The position numbers and the translations under genes were made by a program. The notes under the pieces are model-generated. The model saw nothing but the letters and a program-made list of their open reading frames with translations. It was not told the DNA's origin and searched no databases. A stretch of 48,255 nucleotides of DNA from Rhizaria sp. SCN 62-66 (Eukaryota): contig MEDY01000010.1 of NCBI GenBank assembly GCA_001724265.1, positions 124,001 through 172,255 on the forward strand. Direction: 5' to 3'. Of this stretch, positions 11,401-24,300 are shown one piece after another; within the stretch, counting starts at the first letter, position 1; every line of letters begins with the position of its first letter.

Positions 11401-14387
11401 GGCACGGCGGGCTCGGTCTGCCGCGCGACATCGACGACGACCTGGACGGCGACGACGCGGGCGACGGGTACGCAGAGAGCGACTACGACGAAGACATCGA
11501 CCTCACTTCGCTGCTCGAGGAAGGCTCTATCGCCTTGCACCCGAGCGCTGGCTCCAGTACAGCTCCCGCAACGAACCACGGTCTCGGCCACGGCCACGGA
11601 CGCGGGGGCGCGCGCTTGGCTAGAAACGCACGGAATGGCAATGTCTAGCTTGACGCTGACAGCGACGGTGCGAACGGCTCGAAGCTGAGTCCGATTCACG
11701 ACGACATCGCGTCGTTTCTCTCAACGGGAAGCTTCAGCATCAGCAAAGCGGCCCGGGGCGGCGAGCGGACGGTGCCCTCTCTGAGCCAGTACCGCAGTGC
11801 CCCCCTCGGCCTGCCCCCGAACACGCGCGTCAGCGGCAGCAATAGCCTGACCTCGAATAGCGACAGCGACGGCGCCCTCACCGCTGCCGGCGCTGCTGCG
11901 GTGGGGCTCAAGAGGTCCCGGCCCCTGCTTCCCGAGGACGATGACGACTTCGAGGAGGACGACGAGTGCGACGATGACGACGACGACGAACTCGTCGAGG
12001 GCAGCGGCAATGATGGCTTTAGCACCGAGGGCACCACCCTACTGTCGGACGACGACATCGACGCAGGCTTCTTCAGCTCGAGCAACAACCCCGGTGACGT
12101 AAACGTCAAGAGTCTCGCTTTGAGCCGCGGTGCCCGCGCCCCCATCATCACCAACACCGCGGATAGCGGCGACTTGGCGGTGTTTCCGCCGCGGCAGCCG
12201 CGCCGCCGCCTCGGCCCGAGCACCCTGAGCACGCTGAGCACGCTTGTGGACGCCCACGGCGGGCTAGCTAAGGTTGACGCGCCGCTGTCTCCGTTCCTCG
12301 ACTGCCTCGAGGGCGGCAGTGGTACCGGCACGGACCTGGACATGGACACGTCGGTCACGCGCTCGCTGTCGCACGCGGGCAACACGAGCCACCGCGACGG
12401 CGACAGCGGCGCCGTCAATGCCGGGCTCAACGGCGCCGGCGCCGGCGCGGGCAGCGCGTGGTGGCCCGGCGCCCCCGCTCTGCCCAGCCACACGCTCACG
12501 CACGGTCATGGCCACGGCCAAGGCCCCAGTAGCGCAAAGGCGCTCGCCACGCGGGGCAGTGGGAATGCGTTTGCGCTGTCGAATAGCTTTTCCAACAAGG
12601 ACACCACTGACTTGGATCTCTTGCTGTTCTCGCGGGGCGACAACATCGCCAGCCAGGTACGCCGAATAACTGAAACTCATATTAACGAGCAACGATAACG
12701 CGAAACGCTCACCAAAGTAGATATTATTTGAATTTATTAATATCGTGATATTCATTCTTAAGTGTGACCTTACATCATCTCCATTTATTTCTTAAATCTT
12801 CACCCCCCCCAGGACTGGGAGTACCGCTCGTCGCGCCACCTGGCGCGGCACTCGATCAACCCCGGGCCGGTCAACAGCTACACGCACGGCGGACTCGGGC
12901 CGCTGGGCAGCGACATCGACTTCGGCGACCCCCACAGCGACGACGCCGACGCCCTCTCCGACTTCGACGACGACGACGACGACGATGTTGACGACGATGA
13001 CGACGACGGGTTCGGCCACCATTTGACCGGCGGCCGCCGCGGGCTCCGCCGCAACCAGCTCAACCTCTCGCAGCAACTTCCCGCCCTCACTGCCTTCACC
13101 GCCGGCGCCGGCGCCGCTTCTGTCACCTCTGCCGCCACCGCGCTTGCGCTGGCCCCCGCCGTCGCAGGCGGCGTCGGCAGCGCTGTCGGCGGCGTGGCGG
13201 CGTCGCTGCACGGCACTGGCGCGGTCGACAGCGACCTGGAGGGCGACCCGGCCTTCGAGGACGGCGCCAACGCCGTGGTGCTGTCCTCAGACGCGGCCGC
13301 GCTGCGCATGAGCCTCACGCTCGGCGGGCTGGGCGCGGCCGCGCAGTCGCTGGGGCCCGGTGGACGGCTGTCGCTTAAGCCGGCCTCGGCGGCCACGGCG
13401 GCCGCGGCGGGCATTGTCATCAATGCGTCACCGCAACAGCAGCAGCAGTTAGCGAACGGTAGCGGAGTGTTGCCGCTGCTGTCGAGTGGTGTCCTGGGCA
13501 ACGGGGGCAGCGGCAACTCGGCCAGCAGCAGTGCCGCCAGCAGTCGCCGCAACATGTCCTCGGTGCTGCCTCCACTGGGCTACAAGACTAAGAGCAAAAG
13601 AAGCGACGGCGACGGCATCGCCAGACTGATCACGACTCCGCCTGTGGTTGCCGCCGTCGCGAACAGCAAGGGCGGCGCGGCGAAGAAAGCCGTGCCCGTG
13701 CAAAGGCGCGACTTTGACGACGACGAGGACGACGACGGGGACACCGCCGATGAAATGACCCGGTTGGGCCTTGGACCCTCGCTTGTCCCGCGCAAGAACA
13801 TCGGCAGCACCACTGCTGCTGGTGGCGCCTCTCAAAGTCGCCTCATTTTGACACCGCCCAACAAGAAGTCTCAGCCTCAGTTGCAGTTGCAGCCGCAGGC
13901 ACGACCACAGGCGCAATTCACCGCCGTGGCCGCCGCTGCGCCCGGCACTGCCGCGGCCGAGGTCGCCGCCTTTATGTCAGGCCGGCGGCTTAACTTCCGC
14001 GACCTGCACGGGCACTCGTGGTCGGGCGCCGAAGGCGAGGGCGACGAGGTGCTGCTCGAGGAGCGCCGCGCGCAGGCCGCGGTCGACAGCGCGATCGCCG
14101 CGGCGACTGCAAAGTCTACAGCGAACGCCAGCCTTACCAGCACCAGTTCCAGTGCCAGCTCTAGTGCGAGTGCGAGCAAGAGTGCGAAGAAGAGCTCCAA
14201 CATGGCGAGTGGTGACGTAATCTCTGGTCCAGCGCTGGTCGCCGGCACGACAATGAACGGCGGATTCGGCAAAGTGACTGTGAGCGGTCAGAACAGTAGC
14301 AACAATGGGCTGCGTGGGTTCAATTTGTACGATATGGATGCTGACTTGGCGCCTCAGGGTGGCAAGAAAAACAAGTGGAAGAATTGA
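8418..14387 (+). CDS. RsfS/Iojap (MALSU1-like) domain protein with predicted mitochondrial presequence and long low-complexity extensions, ~1937 aa if TAG is read as sense; exons 8418-12656 and 12813-14387
   Basis: Domain at ~9700-10020 (LEYLKTQKLARMVVFDTSGVYTHADHVIIATAPSARAM...WVPVALGPLVVHLCTQEGR) fits the RsfS pattern. The N-terminus is Arg/Ala/Ser-rich with no acidic residues. Track ORFs 8418, 11772 and 13023 share one frame and are joined through in-frame TAGs at 11166, 11196, 11385 and 11646 plus one intron. TGA stop. Confidence 0.75.
12657..12812 (+). other. Spliceosomal intron (156 nt, phase 0)
   Basis: CAG|GTACGC...CCCCCAG|GAC; AT-rich; contains an in-frame TAA; frame preserved across it. 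Confidence 0.85.
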
Positions 14388-15318
14388 ACAATGCAGTAAT
14401 CTGATCTCCTGATAAGTCTGTGTCATCGTTGGCGTGCGCGTTAAAATGAATCCGCATCCTGGGTTACGGAATGCGAGGCTTGTTGTGACGGGGTCATGTG
14501 ACTGCCGTGGCGAAGGCCACACTAATTTATTAATAATATTATGTGCAAACCATATAGTAAATAGCTAATAAACAACTGTTATGAATCTTAGAAGCGCTGC
14601 TTTGGCTGTTGTAATACTTATAATGCGCGCTTCCCCGGTCTTGACTGTAAGACTGACTTGCGACAGCCGCCCGTTTGTCTGGCACGATTCTCGAGCCGAT
14701 CTTGGGAGAGGCATACCTCACAAACGATTCGTCACAATACCGTGAGGTAAAAGCTGGGGAGTATAATCTAGTCTGTTCTTCTAATATATTTTTGTAATAT
14801 CCTGCAATCGATTCGCCTTGGGTCTTTTGGACTGTTTCTCCCGCGACGCGAGCGACCGTGCGAGTGGCACTGCCCAGCCCCCTCCGATCTCAACACTCGG
14901 AACCAGCTGTGCTGAGATCTTAAGCAGACAAAACTTGACTTTAGTACACAAACGGTGTACTTGTGTTGCATTTTGTTGGCAGCAGTCGCAAATATAGCTC
15001 ATGTGCAGTGAGGTCCGACTTTGTGCTTGAGTTGTGCAGCCGTTCACCTTGCGCGTGCCCCTGCGCCTCAACTCAAATATGTGTGACTGCAGATCCACGG
15101 CAATTGTCAATGAGTCTCTAGTTTGATTAGACCAATTTTAACATAACTCCACAGCTCATATTTGATTTAATTATCTTATATCCCCATTTCGTCTCTCCGG
15201 CAGTCTCTCGGAACCACTCAGAAGTTCCCCCCACCACTTCACCTCTCAGCCCCTCCTCCCGTGCCCTGCTGCCCCGCCTCGCCCCGCGCTCTCCGCGTTG
15301 TCTCGGCCCCCGCGCGCG

Positions 15319-18300
15319 ATGGACTCCCGCCCCGGGCCCTCGGTCCTTGCCTCCTGGCTCACCCCGCCCGCCTTCCCCCTCTCGGCCTCCGACGTCCTCG
15401 CCCTGCGCGCCCGCCTCCTGGCGCGCCTGCTGCCGGTACGTGATGTGCGCAAGATGCTCGCGACCTACCGCGCATGCTTCTCCGGCGACGACCTCGTGCA
15501 CACGCTCACCACGGCGCCGCTCTGCGGGCCCCTGACGCGCCCCGCGGCGACAGCGCTGGCCACAGCGCTGCTGGCACACCGGTTCATCGTCCGCGCGCAG
15601 CCCGTCGGCGCGGTCACTGCGGCGCAGGCCGCGGCCGCCGCCACCAGCCAGGACATCCCCGCGCTGCACCCCCACAACAGCAACGGCTTTGGCGACGGTA
15701 GCGGCAGTGAGAACGCGCTCGTCCCCGCCGGCTCTGGCTCCAACGCCGCCCCTGCGAGTGCCGTTGTGTTCAACCCCTCACCCGAGGCACTGTACCAGTT
15801 CACCGTGCGCGCCTTCACGCCGTCCAGCGCCTCGGTGCTCCGCGTTGCGGCCCCGGCGGCATGTGTGGTCGACACTGTCGCCACCGCCGTCGCCGTGATT
15901 GCCAACGACGCCACAGTCGACGCGAACAATACCGCAAGTACAAGCAACAACAATACTAACGATGACAGTGACACTGACACGGTCGTTGTCACCACCAATG
16001 CTCTTGTCGCTCCCGGCTCCAGCTTGGGCTCTAGCTTGAATGCTAGATCCAGCTCTAGCTCTAGCGCCGGTCGCTCCGGCCGGTCCCGCGCCCCTCAGCC
16101 GTTCTTGGGCGCCGGCCCCGACGGCACTTACCTCGCGGCCCCCTCCACTTACACCGGCGGTCCAAGCGCCCCATCCGCAAGCAACAGCGACGCCGCGTGC
16201 GCCGCCAGCCCGCCGACGACGGCGGCCTCCGTGGCCCGGGCCAGCGGGGGCAGCGACGTCGACGGGGACGCACCGCTGTGGAGCCTGCTGCACCGGCGCG
16301 CGGCCGCCGACGCGACGGCGGTGGCGGCTGAGCTGGCCGCCGCGGCGCCCGCGCCCGCGTCCAAGAAGGACAAGGAGAAGGAAAAGGAGGCCAAGAAGGT
16401 TGCCGCGGCCAAGGCCGTTTCAATCGCTGCCGCCGCTAGCACCAATGCGAGTGCGGGCGCAGGTGCTCTGATATCTCCGCATACGCCACCGCCGGGCGGC
16501 GTGGGCGTCGCCGGCGGCGTCTCCGCAAGCAACGCGATCGCGGGCGGCAAGGGCTCGCCGGCGAAGCTGCAGCGGCTGCTGGGCAACGACGACGCCGTCA
16601 TGGCCGTCGAGGGCGGGCTTATGAGTCTCTTCTCACCGCTACAGAACCCAAATGCACCGTCTTCTTCCGCCAGCACTGCAGGCAACGGCGCCGGCGTGAA
16701 GCCGAGCGGCCGCAAGATGTCGACGACCAATGTCAACGCGAGCAGCAGCGCTACGACAGGCACGGCGGCCGGTGAGGGCGACGACGAGGACGAGGACGAA
16801 AGCAGGGACGGCTTCGCCAAGGACGGTGCAGCTGGCTCATCTACTGCCAACTCCAAGATCAACAACGCTATGCACGGCCCTGAGCCCCCCGTTGGTCCCG
16901 TCGTTGCCTCCCAGGCTGCCTTTGCTGCCGCAGCTTCCGCGGCCGCCGCCTCTGCAGGCACCGCTGCTCTCTCCGTATCCTTCGCTCTCTCTGCGCAGGC
17001 CTCTTCACATGGCGCTCAGGTTCGTTGACTAACACAAATAAGGATTGATAAATATATATCACAATGAAGCTATTTCTCAGACCCCGACTTTTTCATTCGA
17101 TCAAATGACATGATCCAAATAATTATCCTAACATTCTTTTCATTTTGACATGACCCTCACTGTATCCTGACCGTGTTTTTTTTCATCCTCGCCGCGCAGG
17201 GCTGGTACGCCGACTGGGCTGGTTGGGTGGACAAGAAGCGCGACAAGCGCCTCGCCCTCTCATGGTACCAGCGCCGCTACCTGCGCCTGGAGACGGCCGC
17301 GGGCTGCCTGTGCTACTACGCCGCGCCCACGGAGGTATTCCCGCTAGGTTTCATCCCGATCGCCGACATCAGCGACGTGGTGCTGCTCGTCGACAAGTAC
17401 GACGGCCGCCGCCTCGACGTCGTTACGCCCAACCGCGTCTACGGCTTCAAGACGGACTCGGCGCGCGCGGCGACGCAGTGGGTCGCCGCCATCCAGGCCG
17501 CGCTGAGCCACTACCGGGCCGGCGCGGGCGCTTTTGCCCGCCCCGCGGTCGCCGCGCCTGTTGCGGCCGTCGCAGCGGTGGTGCAGAGCGGCCGCCATAA
17601 GCAGCGCCGCATCCGGGCCGCCGGCCGCGCCGCCGCCGCCATCGCCGCCGCGGCTGCTGCCGCTTCGGCTGCGGCTGCGGCGGGTGAGGGCAAGACGGGT
17701 GAGGAGAAGGACGGCAACGTGACCAAGTCGCTGACTGCTGCGGTAACGCACAACGCGCACAGCCACGGCGCCGCCAGCGTTACCGCGCAGCTGACGCCGA
17801 CGACGCCGGCCGCGATCCGCTTCTTCTGGGCCACAGCGAAGCACGCGCCGCGGCCGCAGCACGCCAGCTCCGGCGCCGCCGCCGGCGCCTCCAGTGGCGG
17901 AGCTGCGTACAGTGGCTCTGACCAGGGCTACGTGGCGCCGCTGTGGGCCTCGAAGCTTGTACCCGCGCACAGCCACTTGCCGCTGCAGTCGCCGGTCAAC
18001 GGCGGCGTCACGTCGCCGATCGCTAGCAACAACAATAATACCAGTAATAAGAGCAGCGCTAGCTCGACTCCAATGAGTGGCGAAGCGAAGTCGCGGCTTA
18101 ACTTGTGCGTCCCCACGCGTAGCATGCCTGTTCCGCTGGATCTCACTCCTCTGCTGGAGCAGCAGCAGCAAAGGACCTCGCCGACCTCCCGTCTCACTGA
18201 ACGCAACACAAGCTCTACCAACCTGAGTCCTGGTGCCAGTGCGGGTGCGGCTGCTAGCGCGAGTGCGAATGTGACTGGCGCCCCGGCGCTTGTGTCCGCG

Positions 18301-21300
18301 ACTGGCGCTCTGCAGTGGACGCCCCCAGCGTCTGTTGCGACACTCGGTCTCGGCTCGTTCTCACCGCTGTGGCTGCAGTGGGCCCAGGAGCACCTGTCGC
18401 CCATGCTTTTCACGAACAGCGCCGCCGCCGCTGCCGTCACGACTGCCGCCGCTGCTGTTACCGCGAATCCCAACAGCAGCAGCACCTTTGCGGCAAAAGA
18501 CGCTGTGAGCATCGTGTGCGATGATCTGTACTCCCGCAGCGGCTCTCTGTACCCGTCAGACCCGCTGGCGACACTGGCCCTGCACGCGGCCCCCGCGGCG
18601 CAGGGCCACGACGCCGCCGCGCACAGCCACGACGCGCTCTGGGCGCACCTGCACGCGACGCTGCTGGGCGCCGACGCTGACTTGCTGCTGCTGCCGACGT
18701 ACGACTACCAGGCCTTCCGGCTCCAGTGCCGGCCCGCGCTGGTCGCGGCGAGCAGCAGCAACGCGAACGCCGTCGTCCCTGCCGCAGTCGCTAGCGCGGC
18801 TGGGAATGCGGGGAGCAGCAACGTGATTGTCGGTGCGACTGGCGGCGCGTTGGCGACTACCTCGAGCTCCGTCGCAGTCACTGCGACAGGCACTGGCTCT
18901 GGCACTGGCACGGGGACGTCGAGCTCGCACGGCGCGTCGGTACTTGTGACCCCGTGTTCCGCGTCCTCGTCGTCGTTCTACACGGCGCTCTCGCATTCGG
19001 CCCATAACAACAGCGCCGGCGGCAGCCCTGTGCGCACCGAGGGCGACGAACTCCCCAGCAGCAGCAACGCCAAGTTCAACTCGCTCTCCGCCGCCCCCAA
19101 GAGCGGCGCCGCGACCGCCGTCGGGGGCGCTGGCGCCGGCGCCGGCGCGGCGGGAAAGTCGCGGCGCTACACGGCCACGACCTCGAGCACCGCCGCAGCC
19201 GCGGCCGCCACTGCTAACGCCAACATCAACAACGGCAACAACAGCGTCACGGTGTGCGACTCCGCGGCCGACGCCGGTCTGCGCGGCGCGGGCGCGTCCA
19301 ACGGCCACAACGATGACGACGGTCGCGGCGTCGGGCTCGGCGGCCTCAAGCTGCAGCTGCACACGATGTCTCTCGCGCCGTCGGTCACCTCGGTGGCCGC
19401 TCTGGACGACGACCGAAGCGACGCCGAGAGCATGTTCTCCGTCGACAACGGCAGTCACGGCGGTCTTGGTGGCGGTAGCGGCAGCTCGTCTAACGCCGCG
19501 AACACGATGCGCACGCCGGTGCTGCCGGCCGCCCCCGCGTTGCCGTCGTTCGCCGAGCAGGACGACGACGACGACACCAGCAGCGGCAACATCACGGGCG
19601 TGAGCTGTAGAGTCGTCAACGCCAGCGGCGCTGTCTCTGTCGCGTCTCGCGGCCGCGCGGCGACCATCACGCCATCGAGCTCCTCTACCAGCAGCAGCAG
19701 CAGCAACAACAACAACAGTAGCAGCACTAGCATGGTCGCCAGCGTTCTGGCGGACGGCGCGTCGCCGCCCGCGCCCACGGTCACCCACGTCTCCAGCGCC
19801 ACCACTACCACCAACAGCGCTAGCAAGACCATGTTCCCCCACGGCGCCTCGCCGCCGCCGTCGCAGTCGCACTCGCCGACGACGGGCCTGTCGCGCGCCA
19901 ACTCAATCTCGCGCTCGATGGCGCCGTCGGTGTCGCCGTCGCGGCTGCTGCAGCCGCTGCAGCTGCGCGAGTCGAGTCGCATCCGGCCCACGCTCACCGC
20001 CTCGGTCTCCGCGTCGCGCAGGCCCTCGGTGGCGTCCAGCGCGACGGGTGGCAACAACACCAGCATCAGCACCACAGCCGGCGCTGCAGGGAATGCCGTG
20101 AGCACGAGCACAAACGCGGACAGCGTCGCTTCCGCGTCTCTCGTGGGGTCTCCGGTCTCGGTAGCCGACAGCCGCGGCAACAGCAAGAACGAGGGCGAGT
20201 GCGAGAGTGCCTGTGAGCAGCGCGGCCGTGGTTACGAAGGCCTGCTGCCGCTGCCGTCGTTATGGGGTGGCTTTGCTTCACACAACATCGCCGTCACGGC
20301 TGCCAACGCAAGCCAGGCCAAGAGCAAGACTGTTGTTGGTTATTCTGCTGGCTCAGCCGCGAATGCTCGTGCCCAGGCCCGCTACACTGCCGCGCGCCAC
20401 CGCGCCGAGTCGTCCTCCGCGGCCGACATATTGTGCCCTGCGCTGTCCCGCTGCGTGGTGCCCTCGGTCGCGACGCGCACGCTGCCCACTGTCACCCTGC
20501 ACCCCGCAGCCGTCGCCGCGCTCGCGCTCGCGCAGCAAAAGCAGCGGCAGCAGAAGCAGCCATGCGGTCCCAGTCAGAAGAAGAGTGGCGCTGCTGCGGC
20601 TGCTGCCGCGAGCAAGGGCAAGCCGCAGTTCGAGAGCATTCCGATCTCGCCAATTGGCGCTGGCACCAAGCTCAACAACAACAGCGGCAGCAGCCGCAGC
20701 AGCAGCAGCGCGAGTCCGAGCGACCGCGCCGGCGCGGCATCGCTGGCCCCGTTCCTGGCTCTCGTGTCGCCGGTGTTCATGTTGCACAGTGCCCGCGCCG
20801 CCGACGAGCCCGCGCCCGCGCTGCCGCTGATGTTGGGGCAGGCCGCCGTCGCCGCATACACCAACACGCTCCCCAACCCCACCCCTGTCTCCGCCTCGAG
20901 CGCCGCGAGCAGTCAGAACAAGAAGAAGCGCAAGGGCAAGAAAGATGCCGAGAGCTCTGTGACCGCTTGCAACGCAACTGACTACGCTGGCGGCTACTCT
21001 AAGCTCACCGGCCCCTCTATCGCGTCGCTGTCGCGGCCGACGCGGCTCTGCGTGCAGCACGCCGCGCGCCCGCGCCCGCGCTCGCTGCCGCCGGCGTGCC
21101 GCGCGCTGCCCCTCGTCTCCCTCGTCACCACCACCACGGCCACCAACGCCTCCGCCAACGCCAGCGCGAGCGCAAACATGACCGGTGAGTTTGACGGTGA
21201 GAGCCCAATCTCCCCTGCCACCAACTACAGCACTGCCAGTGCCGGTAGCACCTGCGCGGGTCAAAGCCAGAGCCAGGGCCCCGCGGTGCCCGCGGCGACG

Positions 21301-24300
21301 GAGGTGTTCCTGCCGTGCCCCGCGACGCTGCTGCTGTCCCGCTCACTGGCGCTGCCTCTGCCGCACGTGCTGCCCGCCGGCCTCGCGCCGCCCGCCGCCG
21401 TGCGCGCGCTCAAGCTAGGCCGCGCCGCCGCGCTGTGGGCTGCCGCCAGCGCGCCCGCCGCGGCGCACGCGCGCGCGCACGAGGGCACCGCGGTCGCCGC
21501 CGTCCTCGCAGCCGACTCCTCTGTGAGCACCAGCAGCACCAGCAGCAGCAGCAGCGCCAGCGCCAGCGACAAGACCGCGCTTGTGTTGCGCTCAGCGCGC
21601 GGTCTGAGCAGCGACGCCGGCGGCGCGGCCGCGGCCGTGTCGCTGGCCCGCGTGGCCGACTCGCTCGCCGTGCGCGCGCGCTCGCTTGCGTGGCTGTTGT
21701 CGGACCGCTTCCAGACCCATGCACTCCTGCGCACGCGGGCTTTCCTCGACCCTGAGGCCGAGGCCGCGCGCGCAGACGCCGCCGCGGCGGCCGCGGCCAC
21801 GGCGACGGCCTCGATGGCCGCCACCGCGCACTCTGCGGCCGCCGACACCGCTGCGACGGCGACGGCGATGGCCGCGCGCGGCAGGACGCTGGCGACGTTT
21901 GCGGAGGAGTCCGACGACACCGAACAGGGCGCGAACGACGTGCTTGAGGGCGCAGCGGCAGACGCACTCGCGGCCGACATTAAGCGCCGCGCCGCGGCCG
22001 CCGCGCGCGCGCTGCCCCCGCCCCTCGTCATGTCTGCAGCCACGCTCAACAGCGGCGGCGACAGTGGCTCTGTGCCGTGGCCGTGCTCGGGCAGCGCCAG
22101 CTCCGTTTGGTCCCAATCGCACCTGTCATCGTTCTTGTCGCTGCTCGACACCCTCAGCCCCGGGCCTCTGAACCCGCTCGCGTCGCGCATGGGCGCCGCC
22201 GCGGCCCCCGCCGCCTCCGCCGCCACCTCGGCCGCCGCGACCGCAGCCGCCTCTGCTGCCTCGTCGGGTTCGCACAGCGGCGGCGGCGGTGGCGCCGGCA
22301 TGTCTGTCGCGGCGACCGCGGCCGCGCTGGCCCTCTTCGACGCCAACCCGATCCTGCCGCTGCAGCCGGGCTCCGCCGGCGGCGCGGGCACCGGTGCCAC
22401 TAGCGGGGTGCACCCTGGGCTGCGGCCGCGGTCGCTGTCGACACTGCGCGCCCCCAACCTCGCGTCGTCCTCGTCGGCGGCCATCTCGCACTTGGGCCCG
22501 TCGTCCTCGGCCGCCGCGGAGTCGCTCGCGCCGCTGTCCGCCGCCTCCGCCGCCGCCGCCGCGCCCGCGCGCGCGCGCCCGCCACCGCTGGCGCCCGCGC
22601 TGGCGCTGGCGGCGGTCGTGGCGCAGGCGCGCGCGCACGGCGATGACGTCACGGCGCTGCGGGCGCTCGCCGCCGCGGTTAAGGCCGAGGCGCACCGCAG
22701 GCGTTGTGCGCGCTTCGTTGCCGCGCCCACGGTTGCCAACGCGGCTGCGTGCGCACCGTTCTCTGCTTTTGTCTCTGCTCATTCCGGTGATCCTGCCAGT
22801 GAGCAAGCAAGTGCGCTGTCTGCCGCGAGCAGCAACAGCTGGAGCCCCAGCGCATCGACCTCGACCGCCAAGAGCGTCAACGCTGCTGGAAGCACCGCGA
22901 TGACCGTGGCCGATGACGAGGGCGCCGGTCTGCTCGCAGTGCTGGGTCCCGGCCCTAGCGGCAACCCCGTCGCGGCCGCGCTCGACCTGCTGCTCGACCT
23001 GACCCCGGACCGCGTCTTCGCCAACGAGGCCGGCAGCACCGCGAGCACGGGCGGCGGCAACAGCACTGCGCTGCCACCGCTGCCCGCGCTGCTGCACGCG
23101 CTGTCACCCTTCACCTCCCCGGCCGCCACGGGCGCGGCCGCGGCCAGGGCGGCCGCGCTGCGCTCGCTGCGCAGCTCGCTCGCGCTGCACGCCTCTCACG
23201 CGCTGCCGCCGCACGCCGCCTGGCGCGGTGCCGGCCCCAGCAGCAACACTGCCAGTGTGGCCACGAACGGCGACAGCGCGGGCGCGGGCACGAACGTGTG
23301 CCTAGTGCCCGCGCTGTCGGCGCCCGGCTGCTCGCCGAGCCCCGCGGCGAGTCTTCCGCAGCACGGCTGGGTGCCGCACTGCGCGCGCTGCGCCGCCGCG
23401 GCCCGCGCGCTGACGGACCTACTCAACGGCGTCGTCGTCCCAGGGCTGGCCGCGCTTGCTGCCGCGGCCACGGCCGGGCTCGACGCTGCCGCGACGACGA
23501 CTGCGGCGGGAGCCGGCAGCTCCGCTGCTGTGGGCAGTGGTGTGACCGCGTGGAGCTCGCTGTTCACCCCCGCGATGCCCACCGCGCACTCTAACACGAC
23601 CGCGAAAGCGACCTCCTGGAGTCTGCCCTCGCTGCCCTCCGCGACGACGCGGCTGTTGCTCACTCCGCTCGCCGCGCCCCCGCCGCCCGCAGTCGCCCCG
23701 CCCGCCGCCGCCGCCGCTGCTGCTGCCGCTGCCGCCGCAGCCTCCCCGACGACCACCGCTGCGGCCGCGGCTGGCTCCGCTGGCAGCAAGGACGCCGCCG
23801 CCGCCGCCGCCGCGCTGTTCCAGCCCAGCGCGTCCTCCGCGGCGGCCGCGAGCACGGCGGGCGCCACGGCGTCGCCGTCGCTGCTGCTGCTCGCGCCGGC
23901 CTTCGCGTCGCCGGCGTCGCTGAGCGAGCTGGTGGCCGTGCGCGTGCTGATCGACCTGCTGACGACGACGCTGCCATCCGCGGTCGCGCGCACAACCACG
24001 CCTGCCACGCTCGTCCCCAGCCCGTGGCTCCCGTCGCTCTACCACGCGCACGCCCACTCTCACACAGCGCACGCGCAGTCGCACAGGGGCGGCCAGGGGA
24101 GCTCGTCGGGCGCCAGCTCCAAGTACACGTTCGTCAACTACAGCCCGTCGCGCTCGCCGGGCCGCACCGCCAACGCCAACACCGCGGGCGCGACGGCGAG
24201 TGGTAGTGCCGGCGCGGGCTCGGGCTCGCCCCGCATGCCGCCTCTGTCTGCATCGCCCTCGCTGTCCCGCACGCACGCCGCCTCCACCGCGACCGCGACG

